In this document: positions 22,109-32,891 of the stretch, piece after piece
Position numbering within the stretch: the first letter of the stretch is position 1
Layout of the letters: each line of letters begins with the position of its first letter
Assembly (NCBI GenBank): GCA_042408215.1
Contig: JAYFMW010000003.1
Coordinates: 224,001-288,000, forward strand
Direction: 5' to 3'
Origin: Microcoleus sp.
GTDB taxonomy: Bacteria > Cyanobacteriota > Cyanobacteriia > Cyanobacteriales > Microcoleaceae
Length of the DNA stretch: 64,000 bases
Program-made: the position numbers and the translations under genes
Notes under the pieces: model-generated
Seen by the model: only the letters and a program-made list of their open reading frames with translations
What the model was told of the DNA's origin: nothing
Databases searched by the model: none

Positions 22109-22927
22109 ATGATTTGGCCATTCAAGCCCCGCTACCGTAAACAAATCGCTCGCATCGAAATCACCGGCGCTATTGCCGGAGATACCCGCAAACGAGTTCT
22201 AGAAGCCCTCAAAACCGTTGAAGAACGGAAATTTCCCGCCTTGCTGCTGCGGATAGACAGCCCCGGAGGTACTGTTGGCGATTCCCAGGAAATCTACAGC
22301 GCACTCAAGCGTCTGCGCGAAAAAATCAAAATTGTTGCCAGTTTTGGCAATATTTCAGCTTCCGGGGGAGTTTACATCGGTATGGGAGCTGAACATATCG
22401 TTGCTAATCCCGGTACAATTACCGGTAGCATTGGCGTGATTATCCGGGGTAATAATCTAGAACGGCTATTAGAAAAGGTAGGCGTTTCTTTTCAGGTGAT
22501 TAAATCGGGCCCGTACAAAGATATCTTGGCATTCGATCGCGAATTGACCTCACCAGAACAGCAAATTCTGCAAGATTTGATCGACATCAGCTACCAGCAG
22601 TTCGTAGAAACCGTCGCGGTCGCCCGGAAACTGGCAGTTGACAAAGTTAAAAGTTTTGCCGACGGCCGTGTTTTCACGGGCCAGCAAGCCTTAGAATTGG
22701 GTTTGGTCGATCGATTGGGGACTGAAGAGGATGCCCGTCGCTGGACAGCCGAACTCGCTGGCCTCGACCCGGAAAAAACCGAGTCTTGCACTTTGGAAAA
22801 ACCAAAACCTTTCCTAAATCGCGTCTTGGGGAGTAGTCTGGATATATCGGGACTTTCAGCTTACAAAAGTTGGCTGGAATTCGAGCTGTCTGCTAGCGGT
22901 TTGCCGCTGTGGATGTATCGCCCGTGA
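22109..22927 (+). CDS. sppA: Signal peptide peptidase SppA, 36K type
   Basis: IDSPGG, ASGGVY, TGSIGV motifs. Confidence 0.92.
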   Translation: MIWPFKPRYRKQIARIEITGAIAGDTRKRVLEALKTVEERKFPALLLRIDSPGGTVGDSQEIYSALKRLREKIKIVASFGNISASGGVYIGMGAEHIVANPGTITGSIGVIIRGNNLERLLEKVGVSFQVIKSGPYKDILAFDRELTSPEQQILQDLIDISYQQFVETVAVARKLAVDKVKSFADGRVFTGQQALELGLVDRLGTEEDARRWTAELAGLDPEKTESCTLEKPKPFLNRVLGSSLDISGLSAYKSWLEFELSASGLPLWMYRP

Positions 22928-22936
22928 TTAAATAAA

Positions 22937-23131
22937 TTAGTTATTAGTCCGCAGTCATTAGTCAGCAGTCATTAGTCATTAGTCAGCAGTCAGCAGTCAT
23001 TAGCTAACAAGTCAAGATTGCTGAGCGCAAATACCTAACAGCTAACCAATGACTAATGACTCATGACTAATCACTAATGACTCATGACTCATGACTAATC
23101 ACTAATGACTAATGACTAATGACTAATGACT
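22937..23131. repeat. Heptamer STRR tracts (TCATTAG / TGACTAA) in inverted arrangement
   Basis: A GTCATTA tract followed by the complementary TGACTAA tract; same layout at 42526-42638 and 52140-52325. Confidence 0.85.
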
Positions 23132-23158
23132 GATTACAAAAAAATGGAGAATATTTGC

Positions 23159-23551
23159 GTGGATTGGCAAGTGCGGGGGATTCGTGGGGCCACTACTGCT
23201 AGCGATAATTCGGTGGCCGCAATTCGAGAAGCGGTGAGAGAACTATTAGATGAATTAGAAGCCAGAAATGATTTAGATCCAGAATTAATTATTAGTGCTA
23301 CGTTTTCTGCTACTCGCGATTTAGATGCTGTCTTTCCGGCCGCGATCGCCCGGGAACGCCCCCACTGGTCTAATGTTCCTTTATTGGACGTGCAGCAAAT
23401 GTACGTCAAGGGTTCTTTGGAACGCTGCATCCGGTTTTTAATTCACGTTAACTGGCCCGCACATACTGAAATTTATCATCCTTATTTGCGGGGAGCTAAA
23501 AATTTGCGGCCGGATTGGAATTTAGCGGTTGCGGTTGCTGGGGAAAAATAA
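23159..23551 (+). CDS. aroH: Chorismate mutase, AroH type
   Basis: VRGIRGATT, FPA..AR, CIRFL and YLRGAKNLRPD motifs; GTG start inferred. Confidence 0.93.
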   Translation: MDWQVRGIRGATTASDNSVAAIREAVRELLDELEARNDLDPELIISATFSATRDLDAVFPAAIARERPHWSNVPLLDVQQMYVKGSLERCIRFLIHVNWPAHTEIYHPYLRGAKNLRPDWNLAVAVAGEK

Positions 23552-23709
23552 TAGATTCACTTTTGGCTTGATTTAAAAGTTAACTCACCATTACAGGTGG
23601 GTTTATTTTTTACGGGACTTGACACAGTAAAAAACCAGCCCTGCGTATCTCTGGTTAAAAGCTTTTATTTGATCGAAAAAACCGGCTTCTTAAAGAAACC
23701 GGGTTTTGG

Positions 23710-24600
23710 TCAATCAGACGTTTTATTGTGATGCAACCGAATCCCTAAAAAGATGTCATATATAAAACTCCAAAAGTCCTTTTTTCCTTCCAATATTCCC
23801 AAACTTTGAGGAGAACCTTTCTCATCCAATAGCGGCTTGACAGCTTCGTAGGCTGGCTTGTAGTTGTACCAAGGAATCGAAGGCCACAAGTGATGAATCA
23901 GGTGATAATTCTGCCCCAAAATCAAGATATTTAGAATTGGACTAGGATATACTCTGGCATTTTTCCAGCGATCGCGCTCGTGAAATGGACGGTGCGGCAA
24001 ATAATCAAAAAATAACCCCAAGGCTAACCCCACCACCAAAGCAGGAGAAAACCAAAAGTTCAGCACATAACCTAGTTGGTCGTATTGAATGGAGATATAC
24101 ACTACTGCTACGACAAATAAGCGGCTGAAAAACCATTCCCAAAGTTCGTATTTTCGCCACAGTTTGCGCTTAAAGAAGAAAATCTCGTGGTAAAAAAACC
24201 TCGCAGCAATCAACCACAGAGGCCCGCCAGTCGAAACATAATGGTCTGGATCGTTTTCTGGATCGTTAACGTGAGCGTGATGCTGCATATGTACCCGTGT
24301 AAACACCGGAAAAGCAAAACCCAACATCAGCGCGCTACCGTGTCCCAAGATAGCGTTAATTGTGCGATCGCGATGGGCTGCATTATGAGACGCATCGTGA
24401 ATCACCGTTCCGGCCATGTGCAAAGCCAACACGTTCAGCGAAAAACAGCACCACTGTGGCCATTCCCAACACCAGAAACCCAAGTATGAAATCACGATAA
24501 TCGCTACTGCACTCAAAAACAGCAGCAGCGTCGGATTGAAGTCACCGGGAGGACTCAGAAACTCTTTCGGCACTGTCAGTGGCCGTCCTGCCTCCGACAT
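23710..24600 (-). CDS. crtR: Beta-carotene hydroxylase
   Basis: His boxes HDASH, HMQHH, DYLPH, HLIHH of the cyanobacterial CrtR type. Confidence 0.92.
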   Translation of the reverse strand: MSEAGRPLTVPKEFLSPPGDFNPTLLLFLSAVAIIVISYLGFWCWEWPQWCCFSLNVLALHMAGTVIHDASHNAAHRDRTINAILGHGSALMLGFAFPVFTRVHMQHHAHVNDPENDPDHYVSTGGPLWLIAARFFYHEIFFFKRKLWRKYELWEWFFSRLFVVAVVYISIQYDQLGYVLNFWFSPALVVGLALGLFFDYLPHRPFHERDRWKNARVYPSPILNILILGQNYHLIHHLWPSIPWYNYKPAYEAVKPLLDEKGSPQSLGILEGKKDFWSFIYDIFLGIRLHHNKTSD

Positions 24601-25043
24601 CTTTGTTAACACTCCTTAATATTTCACACTTGCGTAGTATAAGATACAAGGCTCCCAATAGTAAAGTTTTGTGAAATAACTGGATCTAATCTCGATCGCC
24701 CGTCGTCTGCACAAAAATGAGAGTATTGTTGCTTTTCCAGGATCAGGTATAGCAACCAGAGCGGAGGTCAGGACGTTTTTAATCGCTGAAACCATTGCTA
24801 TGGTTGCATTTTCACATCGAATTCTGCCTTCAGCCTTCTTGCTTCTGCTATACATTCGCACAACGCTCTTGGGAAACAAACCCAAATAAATCGGTACATC
24901 TGTATATTTGTCAAGCCCTAGGGCAAAAGTTATTTTTCAGAACAGCCGATCGCCAAGAAAAAATTATCGATCGGTAAAAAGTCAGATATTCTAGAGAATG
25001 GTCAATGCCCGCTGTTTTGACGAACCAGAAATTTTTAACTTAC

Positions 25044-26437
25044 ACCGCCGGGAAGTCCCCCGCTCTACCTGTACCCAGGTGAGCGGTAGGATGAGAGGCC
25101 CGTCAACGTAGGAGGGCGAGTTGACCAAATCTTTCAGATTGTCTTTACTGTTTTCGGTAGTATGTAGTAAGATGTTGAGACAATGAGGTGATATTGAGTG
25201 CTCCATAAAGCTGTACAAGTCCGTCTGTATCCAACTGCATGGCAAGAAGCACTACTAACCCAAACATTTGGATGTTCGCGCTGGTGGTGGAATTATGCCT
25301 TAAATAAATCCATTGAGGTTTATAAAGATACGGGGAAAGGACTGGGACAGGTAGCACTCAACGCGCTATTGCCCAAGCTCAAAAAAGCCGAAGATACGCT
25401 GTGGCTGGCTAATTGTTACAGTCAGGTTTTACAAGCTACAACACTTAATTTAACCACGGCTTACAAAAACTTTTTTGCTCGACGTGCAGGCTTCCCTAAG
25501 TTTAAATCTAAACATGGCAAACAGTCAATTCAATACCCTCAAAATGTCAAGATTGTAGAGGGCAGTGTAAGGCTTCCCGGTAAGCTCGGGATAGTTAAAG
25601 CCAAAATACATCGACCAATTGAGGGAAAAGTCAAGACTGTCACCGTCAGTAAAATGCCGTCCGGGAAATATTTGGCATCTATCTTGACCGAAATTGAAGG
25701 GGAAAACCCTACTGTTTCAGAAGGTAAAATCTCTGGTATTGACTTAGGAATCAAACACTTTGCAGTTGTTACTGATGGCACAAAGGTTTCTAAATATGAC
25801 AATCCTAAGCACCAGGCGAAGCATGAAAAGAATCTAAAGCGCAAACAGAAAAAGTTAGCCCACAAGCAGAAAGGAAGTAAGTCAAGACAAAAGTATAGAA
25901 AAATTGTGGCCAAAGTGTACGAACGAGTTAGTAATTCACGGCAAGATTTTCTACATAAACTTAGTCATAAGTTGGTCAGCGATAGCCAAGCGGTCATAGT
26001 AGAAAATCTTTATGTCAAAGGCATGGTTCGTAATCACAATTTGGCTTCATCAATTTCTGATTGTGGATGGGGAACATTCACTAATTTCTTAGCTTACAAA
26101 CTAGAACGAAAAGGCGCGAAGTTAGTCGAGATAGATAGATGGTTCCCTAGTTCTAAACTCTGTTCTAATTGTTTTCATCATATCCGTGAAATGCCGTTGG
26201 ATGTTCGTGAATGGACTTGTCCCCATTGTGGCACTCGTCACGACAGAGATGGAAACGCAGCTATCAATATTAGAGCAGAGGGTATCAGAATGCTAAAGAC
26301 GGATGGTTCAGCCGTTTCTGCTGTAGGAGGGGAGGTAAGACCTTCATGGGGACGCAAGTCTGTCTTGAGGCACTCGCCTGTGAGTACAGAAGCTCCCGCT
26401 ATACCTGGAGTACCAGGTATAGCGGTGAGTAGTTCAC
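25044..26437 (+). mobile_element. IS200/IS605-family element carrying only tnpB (IS1341-like)
   Basis: TTAC at 25040-25043 before a left-end hairpin region; right-end hairpin ending TAGTTCAC at 26437; ends resemble those of the element at 48150-49529. Confidence 0.75.
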
Positions 26438-26493
26438 GACGTGCATCATTGCTTGTACTGAATAGCAAAAAGTTAGCCGAAATTAAACAATAA
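25198..26493 (+). CDS. tnpB: RNA-guided endonuclease TnpB
   Basis: HTH_OrfB N-terminus; RuvC motifs GIDLG, VENL, DRDGNAA; CSNC/CPHC zinc ribbon. Confidence 0.93.
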   Translation: MLHKAVQVRLYPTAWQEALLTQTFGCSRWWWNYALNKSIEVYKDTGKGLGQVALNALLPKLKKAEDTLWLANCYSQVLQATTLNLTTAYKNFFARRAGFPKFKSKHGKQSIQYPQNVKIVEGSVRLPGKLGIVKAKIHRPIEGKVKTVTVSKMPSGKYLASILTEIEGENPTVSEGKISGIDLGIKHFAVVTDGTKVSKYDNPKHQAKHEKNLKRKQKKLAHKQKGSKSRQKYRKIVAKVYERVSNSRQDFLHKLSHKLVSDSQAVIVENLYVKGMVRNHNLASSISDCGWGTFTNFLAYKLERKGAKLVEIDRWFPSSKLCSNCFHHIREMPLDVREWTCPHCGTRHDRDGNAAINIRAEGIRMLKTDGSAVSAVGGEVRPSWGRKSVLRHSPVSTEAPAIPGVPGIAVSSSRRASLLVLNSKKLAEIKQ

Positions 26494-26519
26494 ATCCTTT
26501 AGCTACCCCATCTCAATTC

Positions 26520-28310
26520 ATGCAACTCCCAAAAGCCCTACGCCGGACTAAAATCGTCGCCACCATTGGCCCAGCCACCTCTGATCCACAAGTGCTGCGC
26601 CAGCTCATAGAAGCCGGTGCGACAACTTTGCGACTCAACTTTTCCCACGGAACAGAAGAAGACCACCAACGCAGCATTCGCTTAATCCGGCAAACATCCT
26701 TTGAACTCAACCAGCCGGTCGCCATCCTCCAAGACCTCCAAGGCCCGAAAATTCGTTTAGGCCGCTTTGAAACAGGGTCGATTGTTGTCAAAAATGGCGA
26801 TCCTTTCATTTTGACCAGCCGCCCGGTTCCGGGCACCGAGCTAATTTCCTCAGTCACCTACGAACCTCTAGCAGACGAAGTTCCCGAGGGAGCCGTGATT
26901 CTGCTTGACGACGGGAAAGTGGAAATGCGCGTGGAAAAAGTAGACCGCAATTCGCGGGAATTGTACTGTCGCGTCGTCGTCGGCGGGCCACTTTCCAACA
27001 ACAAAGGCGTGAATTTTCCCGGAGTTTACCTGTCAATTAAAGCGCTGACAGATAAAGACCGCAAAGATTTAATGTTCGGCCTCGACCAAGGTGTCGATTG
27101 GGTAGCGCTGAGCTTCGTGCGGAATCCCCAGGATATGCTCGAAATTAAAGAGCTGATAGCCAGTGCGGGTAAGCAAGTACCTGTTATTGCAAAGATCGAA
27201 AAGCACGAGGCGATCGAACAAATGGAGGCAATCCTGGCCCTGTGTAACGGGGTGATGGTCGCTCGTGGCGACTTGGGAGTGGAACTGCCGGCCGAAGATG
27301 TGCCGATTTTGCAAAAGCGGCTGATTGCTACTTCTAACCGCATGGGCATTCCGGTGATTACCGCTACCCAGATGCTCGACAGCATGGTTCACAATCCTCG
27401 TCCCACCCGCGCGGAAATTTCCGACGTGGCTAACGCGATTCTCGACGGAACTGATGCGGTGATGCTCTCGAACGAAACAGCCGTGGGCGACTTCCCCGTA
27501 GAAGCGGTGGCGACGATGGCGAGAATTGCGGTGCGGATGGAGAGGGAAGGAATTAGGCGCAATATTCGGAATGTAGAAGATATTGGTCGATCGATCCCCA
27601 ACGGTATCAGTCAAGCAGTCAGCCAAATTTCCGAACAGTTGAACGCAGCGGCAATTATGACGCTGACGAAAACCGGCGCTACAGCCCGAAATGTCTCCAA
27701 GTTCCGGCCGACAACTCCGATTTTGGCAGTTACTCCCCACGTAGACGTGGCGAGACAACTGCAACTGGTATGGGGAGTAAAGCCCCTGTTGGTGCTGGAT
27801 TTGCCCTCCACCGGCCAGACGTTTCAGTCGGCAATTAGTGTGGCCCAGGAGAAACATTTAGTCTCCGACGGGGATTTGGTGGTGATGACCGCCGGTACTC
27901 TGCAAGGGGTGGCAGGCTCAACGGATTTGATTAAGGTTGAGATGGTGACAGCGGTTTTGGGTAAGGGAACCGGTGTTGGTTTGGGCTCGGTGAGCGGCCT
28001 GGCCAGGGTGGCTCACACTGCTGCGGATGTGATGAATTTCCACTCTGGAGATATTTTGGTAGTCAATCACACTAGCGCTGATTTTGTGGACATGATTCGC
28101 AGAGCAGCGGGGGTGGTGACGGAGGAGGATAGTTTGACTTCTCACGCCGCGATTATTGGTTTGCGTTTGGGCGTACCGGTGATGGTGGGTGTGGAGAAGG
28201 CCACGCGGGTAATTCGGGACGGAACTATGCTGACCCTTGATATGCAGCGGGGTTTGGTTTATTCCGGGGCCAGAGGGGGCGATCGAACTGACGCCGAACT
28301 GGCCGTTTGA
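26520..28310 (+). CDS. pyk: Pyruvate kinase with C-terminal PEP-utilising domain
   Basis: RTKIVATIGP, RLNFSHG, MVARGDLGVE, TSHAAI motifs. Confidence 0.97.
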   Translation: MQLPKALRRTKIVATIGPATSDPQVLRQLIEAGATTLRLNFSHGTEEDHQRSIRLIRQTSFELNQPVAILQDLQGPKIRLGRFETGSIVVKNGDPFILTSRPVPGTELISSVTYEPLADEVPEGAVILLDDGKVEMRVEKVDRNSRELYCRVVVGGPLSNNKGVNFPGVYLSIKALTDKDRKDLMFGLDQGVDWVALSFVRNPQDMLEIKELIASAGKQVPVIAKIEKHEAIEQMEAILALCNGVMVARGDLGVELPAEDVPILQKRLIATSNRMGIPVITATQMLDSMVHNPRPTRAEISDVANAILDGTDAVMLSNETAVGDFPVEAVATMARIAVRMEREGIRRNIRNVEDIGRSIPNGISQAVSQISEQLNAAAIMTLTKTGATARNVSKFRPTTPILAVTPHVDVARQLQLVWGVKPLLVLDLPSTGQTFQSAISVAQEKHLVSDGDLVVMTAGTLQGVAGSTDLIKVEMVTAVLGKGTGVGLGSVSGLARVAHTAADVMNFHSGDILVVNHTSADFVDMIRRAAGVVTEEDSLTSHAAIIGLRLGVPVMVGVEKATRVIRDGTMLTLDMQRGLVYSGARGGDRTDAELAV

Positions 28311-28377
28311 TCAAAGTTCTGAGTTGTGAGTTGTGGAGTTTGAATTCTACAACTCATTGCTTTTTTTCCGGCGGTTG

Positions 28378-28386
28378 TGCTATACT
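28378..28386 (+). promoter_or_regulatory. Extended -10 element (TGnTATACT) of the tRNA promoter
   Basis: TGCTATACT ends 14 nt before the tRNA 5' end. Confidence 0.55.
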
Positions 28387-28400
28387 TACTAATTGTCAGT

Positions 28401-28472
28401 GCCGATGTAGCTCAGGGGTAGAGTATTCGATTCGTAATCGAACGGTCGTGGGTTCAAATCCCACCATCGGCT
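28401..28472 (+). tRNA. trnT: tRNA-Thr(CGT)
   Basis: Acceptor stem GCCGATG/CATCGGC, anticodon arm TTCGA-TTCGTAA-TCGAA, T-loop GGTTCAAATCC; no encoded CCA. Confidence 0.93.
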
Positions 28473-28545
28473 TTCATAAAATTACCTGTTTTAAATGGTT
28501 TTACAGCTTATGAATGCTGTAGAACGTTTTGAGAATAATAAAGCT

Positions 28546-28795
28546 ATGCCTTACAGTAAATTCACTCTCAGCAAAGCTGTAGAAGATTTCCATCTCACAA
28601 TCATTGAAGGCTCGCGTTTTTTACCAGAAATTCCCCCAGTCACTCCTAGTCTTTTACGGAGCGGTGACTAGCGGTACTGTTTGGCGGTTTCTGAAACTAG
28701 AAGAGCAATGGGTGTCCATTGACTTTACAGATTATCCGCTCCCTCCAGTTGAGCAAATTTTGGGCTTTCTGATTTGGATGATGCAGGAAAGATGA
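28546..28795 (+). pseudogene. Internally deleted paralog of the 18315-18929 family
   Basis: MPYSKFTLSKAVEDF N-terminus joined out of frame to YGAVTSGTVWRFLKLE...ILGFL C-terminus; the middle of the gene is absent. Confidence 0.75.
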
Positions 28796-28802
28796 GCTGC
28801 TA

Positions 28803-29877
28803 TTAATTCGGTGGGCGAGTCAGACGAGTAGTTAGTGGGCTGAGGATTTGATTGAGGGCGCGCAGTTGTTCTGCGGTGCCCAAGCAAATCAACATATCTC
28901 CTCCTTCGATCGCAGTTTCTCCCGTGGGCCCGACAATCAAATTGCCGTCAGGGCGGCGAATTGCCAAAACTAAAGCCCCCGATTGCGATCGCAACTTCGC
29001 ATCTCTCAAAGTTTCTCCGACGTAGACACAACTGTCTGGATTGACCAGAAATTCTTCCATATAAAAAGAATTCTCGGTTCCCGTGAGAATCCCGTCCAAA
29101 AAATCCATAACTTGAGGGCGCAAAGCCGCCGCCGCCATGCGCTTTCCCCCGGTAATGTAGGGGGATACGACAGCATCGGCACCGCCCCGCTGCAACTTCT
29201 TTACGGCTTCTTCTGTTGTCGCCCGCGCGATCGCCCGCACGTTCGGATTCAGAGTTTTTGCAGATAAGACTGTGTAGAGATTTTCTGCATCTGATGGGAG
29301 TGCCGCCACTATACAAATTGCTTTTTCAATTCCCACATTCAGCAAAGTTTCATCCAAAGTAGCGTCGCCTTGAATGGCTGTATAACCGAATTGCAAAGCT
29401 GCTTGGATGGATTCGAGGTTGAAGTCTATAATCACAAAAGGAATATTTTCTGCCTGAAATTCTAAGGCAATTTGGCGACCGGTGCGCCCAAAACCGCAAA
29501 GGATATAATGCCCGACTAATGAATCTACCAAGCGCCGCTGTTGCCCTCACTCTTGCTCCTTCTTGAAAATATCCTTGAATGACGGCTTCTGTAAAGCGGT
29601 TGACGATATAACCAATGGTGATGACGCCCATCAAAATTAGGCAGATCGTAAATATTCGCCCGCGTTTTCCGAGGGGATGAATTTCACCATAACCGACAGT
29701 TGCTAGGGTAAATACTGTCATGTAAACCGCATCGAGTAAGGGCCATTTTTCTACTAGCCAATACCAAAGAGTACCGGTACACAAGACGCCACCGAGGGCG
29801 ACCATTCCGCCCATTAACTCTTTTTGCAGGCGCTGGTACTTTTGTTCGAGAGTAGAATACACCGATTTGGCTGACAT
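28803..29877 (-). pseudogene. Potassium channel (Ion_trans_2 + RCK/TrkA_N + TrkA_C) split by a 1-nt frameshift
   Basis: TVGYG filter in the 5' ORF, CGFGRTG RCK motif in the 3' ORF; removing one C at 29544-29546 fuses them. Confidence 0.8.
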
Positions 29878-29995
29878 ACGCTCTATTAGTCGCTACCAAA
29901 TTTAACCATATTTTGCCAACAAATTTGTAAAAGCTTGATGAGTGTCGCGTGGGTTAATTTGGGGTGATTGGCGATTCCCTACGGGATAGCTGCGC

Positions 29996-32872
29996 TTAAC
30001 GCACTTTTTCCCGATCGCTAATTCCGTCGCAGAGGTGGCGATCGCTTTGATTAACCTGAGACTTAACCTCAAGATAATTGCGAGTTAAATTGCAACCCTG
30101 CACCAGCAAATCATCAACATTCAAATTCCACAATATCACCGTACCATCATCACTAGCACTAGCGATCGTCTTGCCATCTGGACTAAAACTCGCACTCCAA
30201 ACAGCACTCTTATGTCCCTTTAAAGTTTTGAGCAATGTACCATCAATTTTCCACAATCTTACCATTTTGTCTGTGCTCGCCGATACCAGCATTAGGCGAT
30301 CGGGACTAAAGCTGACATTTGTGACTCGACTTGGATGTTTTAACATACTCAGCAGTTTGCCGTCTTTGCTCCAAATGCTTGCTGTTTGATCGGTATTTGC
30401 GATCGCAAACATTGTGCCATCAAAACTCAAACTTGTCTTCACAATTGTATCATTATCTACCTTAGTCACTTTGTCGTTATCCCCTGGATAAGTTTGAAGC
30501 AACTTGCCGTCAACTTGCCAAATTTTAACTATATTATCATCGCTAACTGAAACCAGCCTCTGACTATCGGCACTGAAATTTATACTTCTAATTTGAGCGC
30601 TATCACCTTTTAATACAGCTTTTAAACTGCCGTTAGCGTACCAAATTTTAATAGTACGATCGTCGCTATTTGTCGCCAGCATTTGACTATCTGGGCTGAA
30701 AGTAACAAAAGCTTGCTTAGTGGTTGAACAGGGAAAAATTAGGCGCTTATTAAAACTGTAAACTACTTGTTCCAGTGCCGTTAAAACCCGGATTTGGATA
30801 TCAGATGTCACTCCTAGCGATCGCCTCATTTCTTGGACAGCCCTAATGCTTTCTATTAAAGCTTCCGGTTTTTTGTCCGCTGCAAATAGCGTTTCCGAAA
30901 ACAAACTGAGAGTCAGGATTTTGTTGTTTCTTTCCTCAATAGAGGGTTGAACCCAGAAAGCAGCAATTAAGATGAATATCAGTAGTGTTGCACTTCCGGT
31001 AAAAATTTGCACTTTCAGTTGTTGTTCGCGCCAGAGTTTAACTTGAGTGGATTTTCTGAGTTTTTGCTCTGCGCTTAGTTGTTCTAATAACTGGTTTTCC
31101 CGACGCAATAGTTCTATTTCTGCTTGAGTTTGTTTTTCGCGATCGCACAATTCAGCAAATTCTGCCTCTTGGCTAGCAGCTAAAAATTGATAATCTTGAG
31201 TGCTCAAGCTTTTACCAGCAGCCCATTCTCGCGCATCTTGCAATGCTTGACCGCGCAATAATCGAGATTCATCTTGACAACTTGATACTATCCATGCTGT
31301 TAGGGATTCGGCATAGGGGCGTAAATCTTCTAGTGCTTTTTCTACCCAATTTTGGTTAAAAATAGAGGCATAAATGCGGTTAGATACCGTTAATTTTCCG
31401 CCTCGTTTTACTACTAATCCACTTAGCCGCAATTCAGTTTGTTCGTAGGTGTCATCAGCGCAGATCCCCCCTGCCCCCCTTAATAAGGGGGGTGATGAAA
31501 GTGGGTGATTTTCGCTCAGTTGCAATTCAGTTTGTTCGTAGGTGTCATCAGCGCAGATCCCCCCTGCCCCCCTTCTTAAGGGGGGTGATGAAAGTGGGTG
31601 ATTTCCACTCAGTCGTAATTCTGTTTGTTCGGGAGTATCATCAGATTCGATCCCCCCTGCCCCCCTTAATAAGGGGGGTGATGAAAGTGGGTGATTTTCG
31701 CTCAGTTGCAATTCAGTTTGTTCGTAGGTGTCATCAGCGCAGATCCCCCCTGCCCCCCTTAAGAATGGGGGTGATGAAAGTGGGTGATTTTCGCTCAGTT
31801 GCAATTCAGTTTGTTCGGGGGTATCATCAGATTTGATCCCCCCTGCCCCCCTTAAGAAGGGGGGTTCTGAGAGTGCTAATATTTTTTGATATAGTCCTAA
31901 TAACCTACTGGCGCGGTGCTGATTTCTCAAAAGGCGATCGCGAATTGTTTTCAAATGCGCTGGCTCATCAGAAGATTCCCAATTATCAATAATCTGAGAT
32001 TGCACTATCTCCTCGATCGACAATCGGTTCTTAGTAAGGATTTCAATCCTTTCTCCATCCGTTAAATCCGCTACAAAATCCGCTGCCGAACCTTCTTCCT
32101 TCCCTTGAACTATCAATTTACACAACTTTTGAGTCAGAAACGGCTGTCCTCCAGTCCACTCCAAAATCTCTTGTAAAACTGCTTGAGGATTATCAAATTT
32201 CCCCTCAAACCCCTTGACTAAAGGCAAACATTCGTGTAATTGAAAACCCTGAAGTTCAATAGCTCGACCAATATTAAATGGCGTGCGAGTCGCATCGCTA
32301 ATTAAATCCGATGGCGTAGCTACTCCCAGCAAAGCAAATGTTAACCGCTGATATTCTGATTTGTGAGCGCGTTTATTGTAGCAAGATCTAATCAGGGCAA
32401 AAAAGTCATCTAGCGATTCTTTGAAACTGAGAACACTATCAATTTCATCAATAAAAATGACAATGTTTTGAGAAATCTTGACCAGCAATAATTCTTCAAT
32501 TAACTCTCCTAAACGTTGGACTGGCGACATCAACTCTCTCTCCCGCCACCAAGTCATAAACTCCACTGGGTTAAACAGGTTGAAATTGCACAAAAGCTTG
32601 TAAGCGACGCCGCCGTACCACTTATCCAGAGAGACTTGCTGATTGCCAATATCCGAAAGGTCGATCGTAGCACAAGCAATGCCATCAGCGGAGAGTTTTT
32701 GTACAGTTCGCACCAGCAAACTAGATTTGCCCATTTGTCGGGAATTGAGCACGTAACAAAACTCTCCGGCTTTTAGGGCTTGATCAAGTTCAGAGTCAGC
32801 TTTTCGCACTACATAAGTAGGTGAATCTTGCGGGAGACTGCCGCCGATTTGATATTGGTAATCGACTGTCAT
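29996..32872 (-). CDS. AAA_35 (AAA-like) NTPase with TM and WD40 repeats, containing an internal 31-aa tandem repeat
   Basis: [31 protein letters not shown]-terminal FSPDG/GH...WN repeats. Confidence 0.88.
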   Translation of the reverse strand: MTVDYQYQIGGSLPQDSPTYVVRKADSELDQALKAGEFCYVLNSRQMGKSSLLVRTVQKLSADGIACATIDLSDIGNQQVSLDKWYGGVAYKLLCNFNLFNPVEFMTWWRERELMSPVQRLGELIEELLLVKISQNIVIFIDEIDSVLSFKESLDDFFALIRSCYNKRAHKSEYQRLTFALLGVATPSDLISDATRTPFNIGRAIELQGFQLHECLPLVKGFEGKFDNPQAVLQEILEWTGGQPFLTQKLCKLIVQGKEEGSAADFVADLTDGERIEILTKNRLSIEEIVQSQIIDNWESSDEPAHLKTIRDRLLRNQHRASRLLGLYQKILALSEPPFLRGAGGIKSDDTPEQTELQLSENHPLSSPPFLRGAGGICADDTYEQTELQLSENHPLSSPPLLRGAGGIESDDTPEQTELRLSGNHPLSSPPLRRGAGGICADDTYEQTELQLSENHPLSSPPLLRGAGGICADDTYEQTELRLSGLVVKRGGKLTVSNRIYASIFNQNWVEKALEDLRPYAESLTAWIVSSCQDESRLLRGQALQDAREWAAGKSLSTQDYQFLAASQEAEFAELCDREKQTQAEIELLRRENQLLEQLSAEQKLRKSTQVKLWREQQLKVQIFTGSATLLIFILIAAFWVQPSIEERNNKILTLSLFSETLFAADKKPEALIESIRAVQEMRRSLGVTSDIQIRVLTALEQVVYSFNKRLIFPCSTTKQAFVTFSPDSQMLATNSDDRTIKIWYANGSLKAVLKGDSAQIRSINFSADSQRLVSVSDDNIVKIWQVDGKLLQTYPGDNDKVTKVDNDTIVKTSLSFDGTMFAIANTDQTASIWSKDGKLLSMLKHPSRVTNVSFSPDRLMLVSASTDKMVRLWKIDGTLLKTLKGHKSAVWSASFSPDGKTIASASDDGTVILWNLNVDDLLVQGCNLTRNYLEVKSQVNQSDRHLCDGISDREKVR
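31430..31870 (-). repeat. In-frame 93-bp tandem repeat (about 5 copies) built on the CCCCCCTTAAGAAGGGGGG palindrome
   Basis: GTTCGTAGGT recurs at 31441 and 31534; peptide unit [10 protein letters not shown](F/L)LRGAGGI..DDT.EQTEL.L. Confidence 0.92.
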
Positions 32873-32891
32873 TATCTTGCCTATACTTAGA

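Noticed and set aside
27069..27857. 262-aa antisense ORF in pyk, and similar shadow ORFs in clpB, treS, fni and sppA
   Set aside because: Fully overlaps a conserved gene and has no recognisable motifs; explained by codon bias.
31430..31870. CRISPR-like periodic palindromic array
   Set aside because: Intervening sequences are near-identical rather than unique spacers, the period is a multiple of 3 within an ORF, and no cas genes are present.
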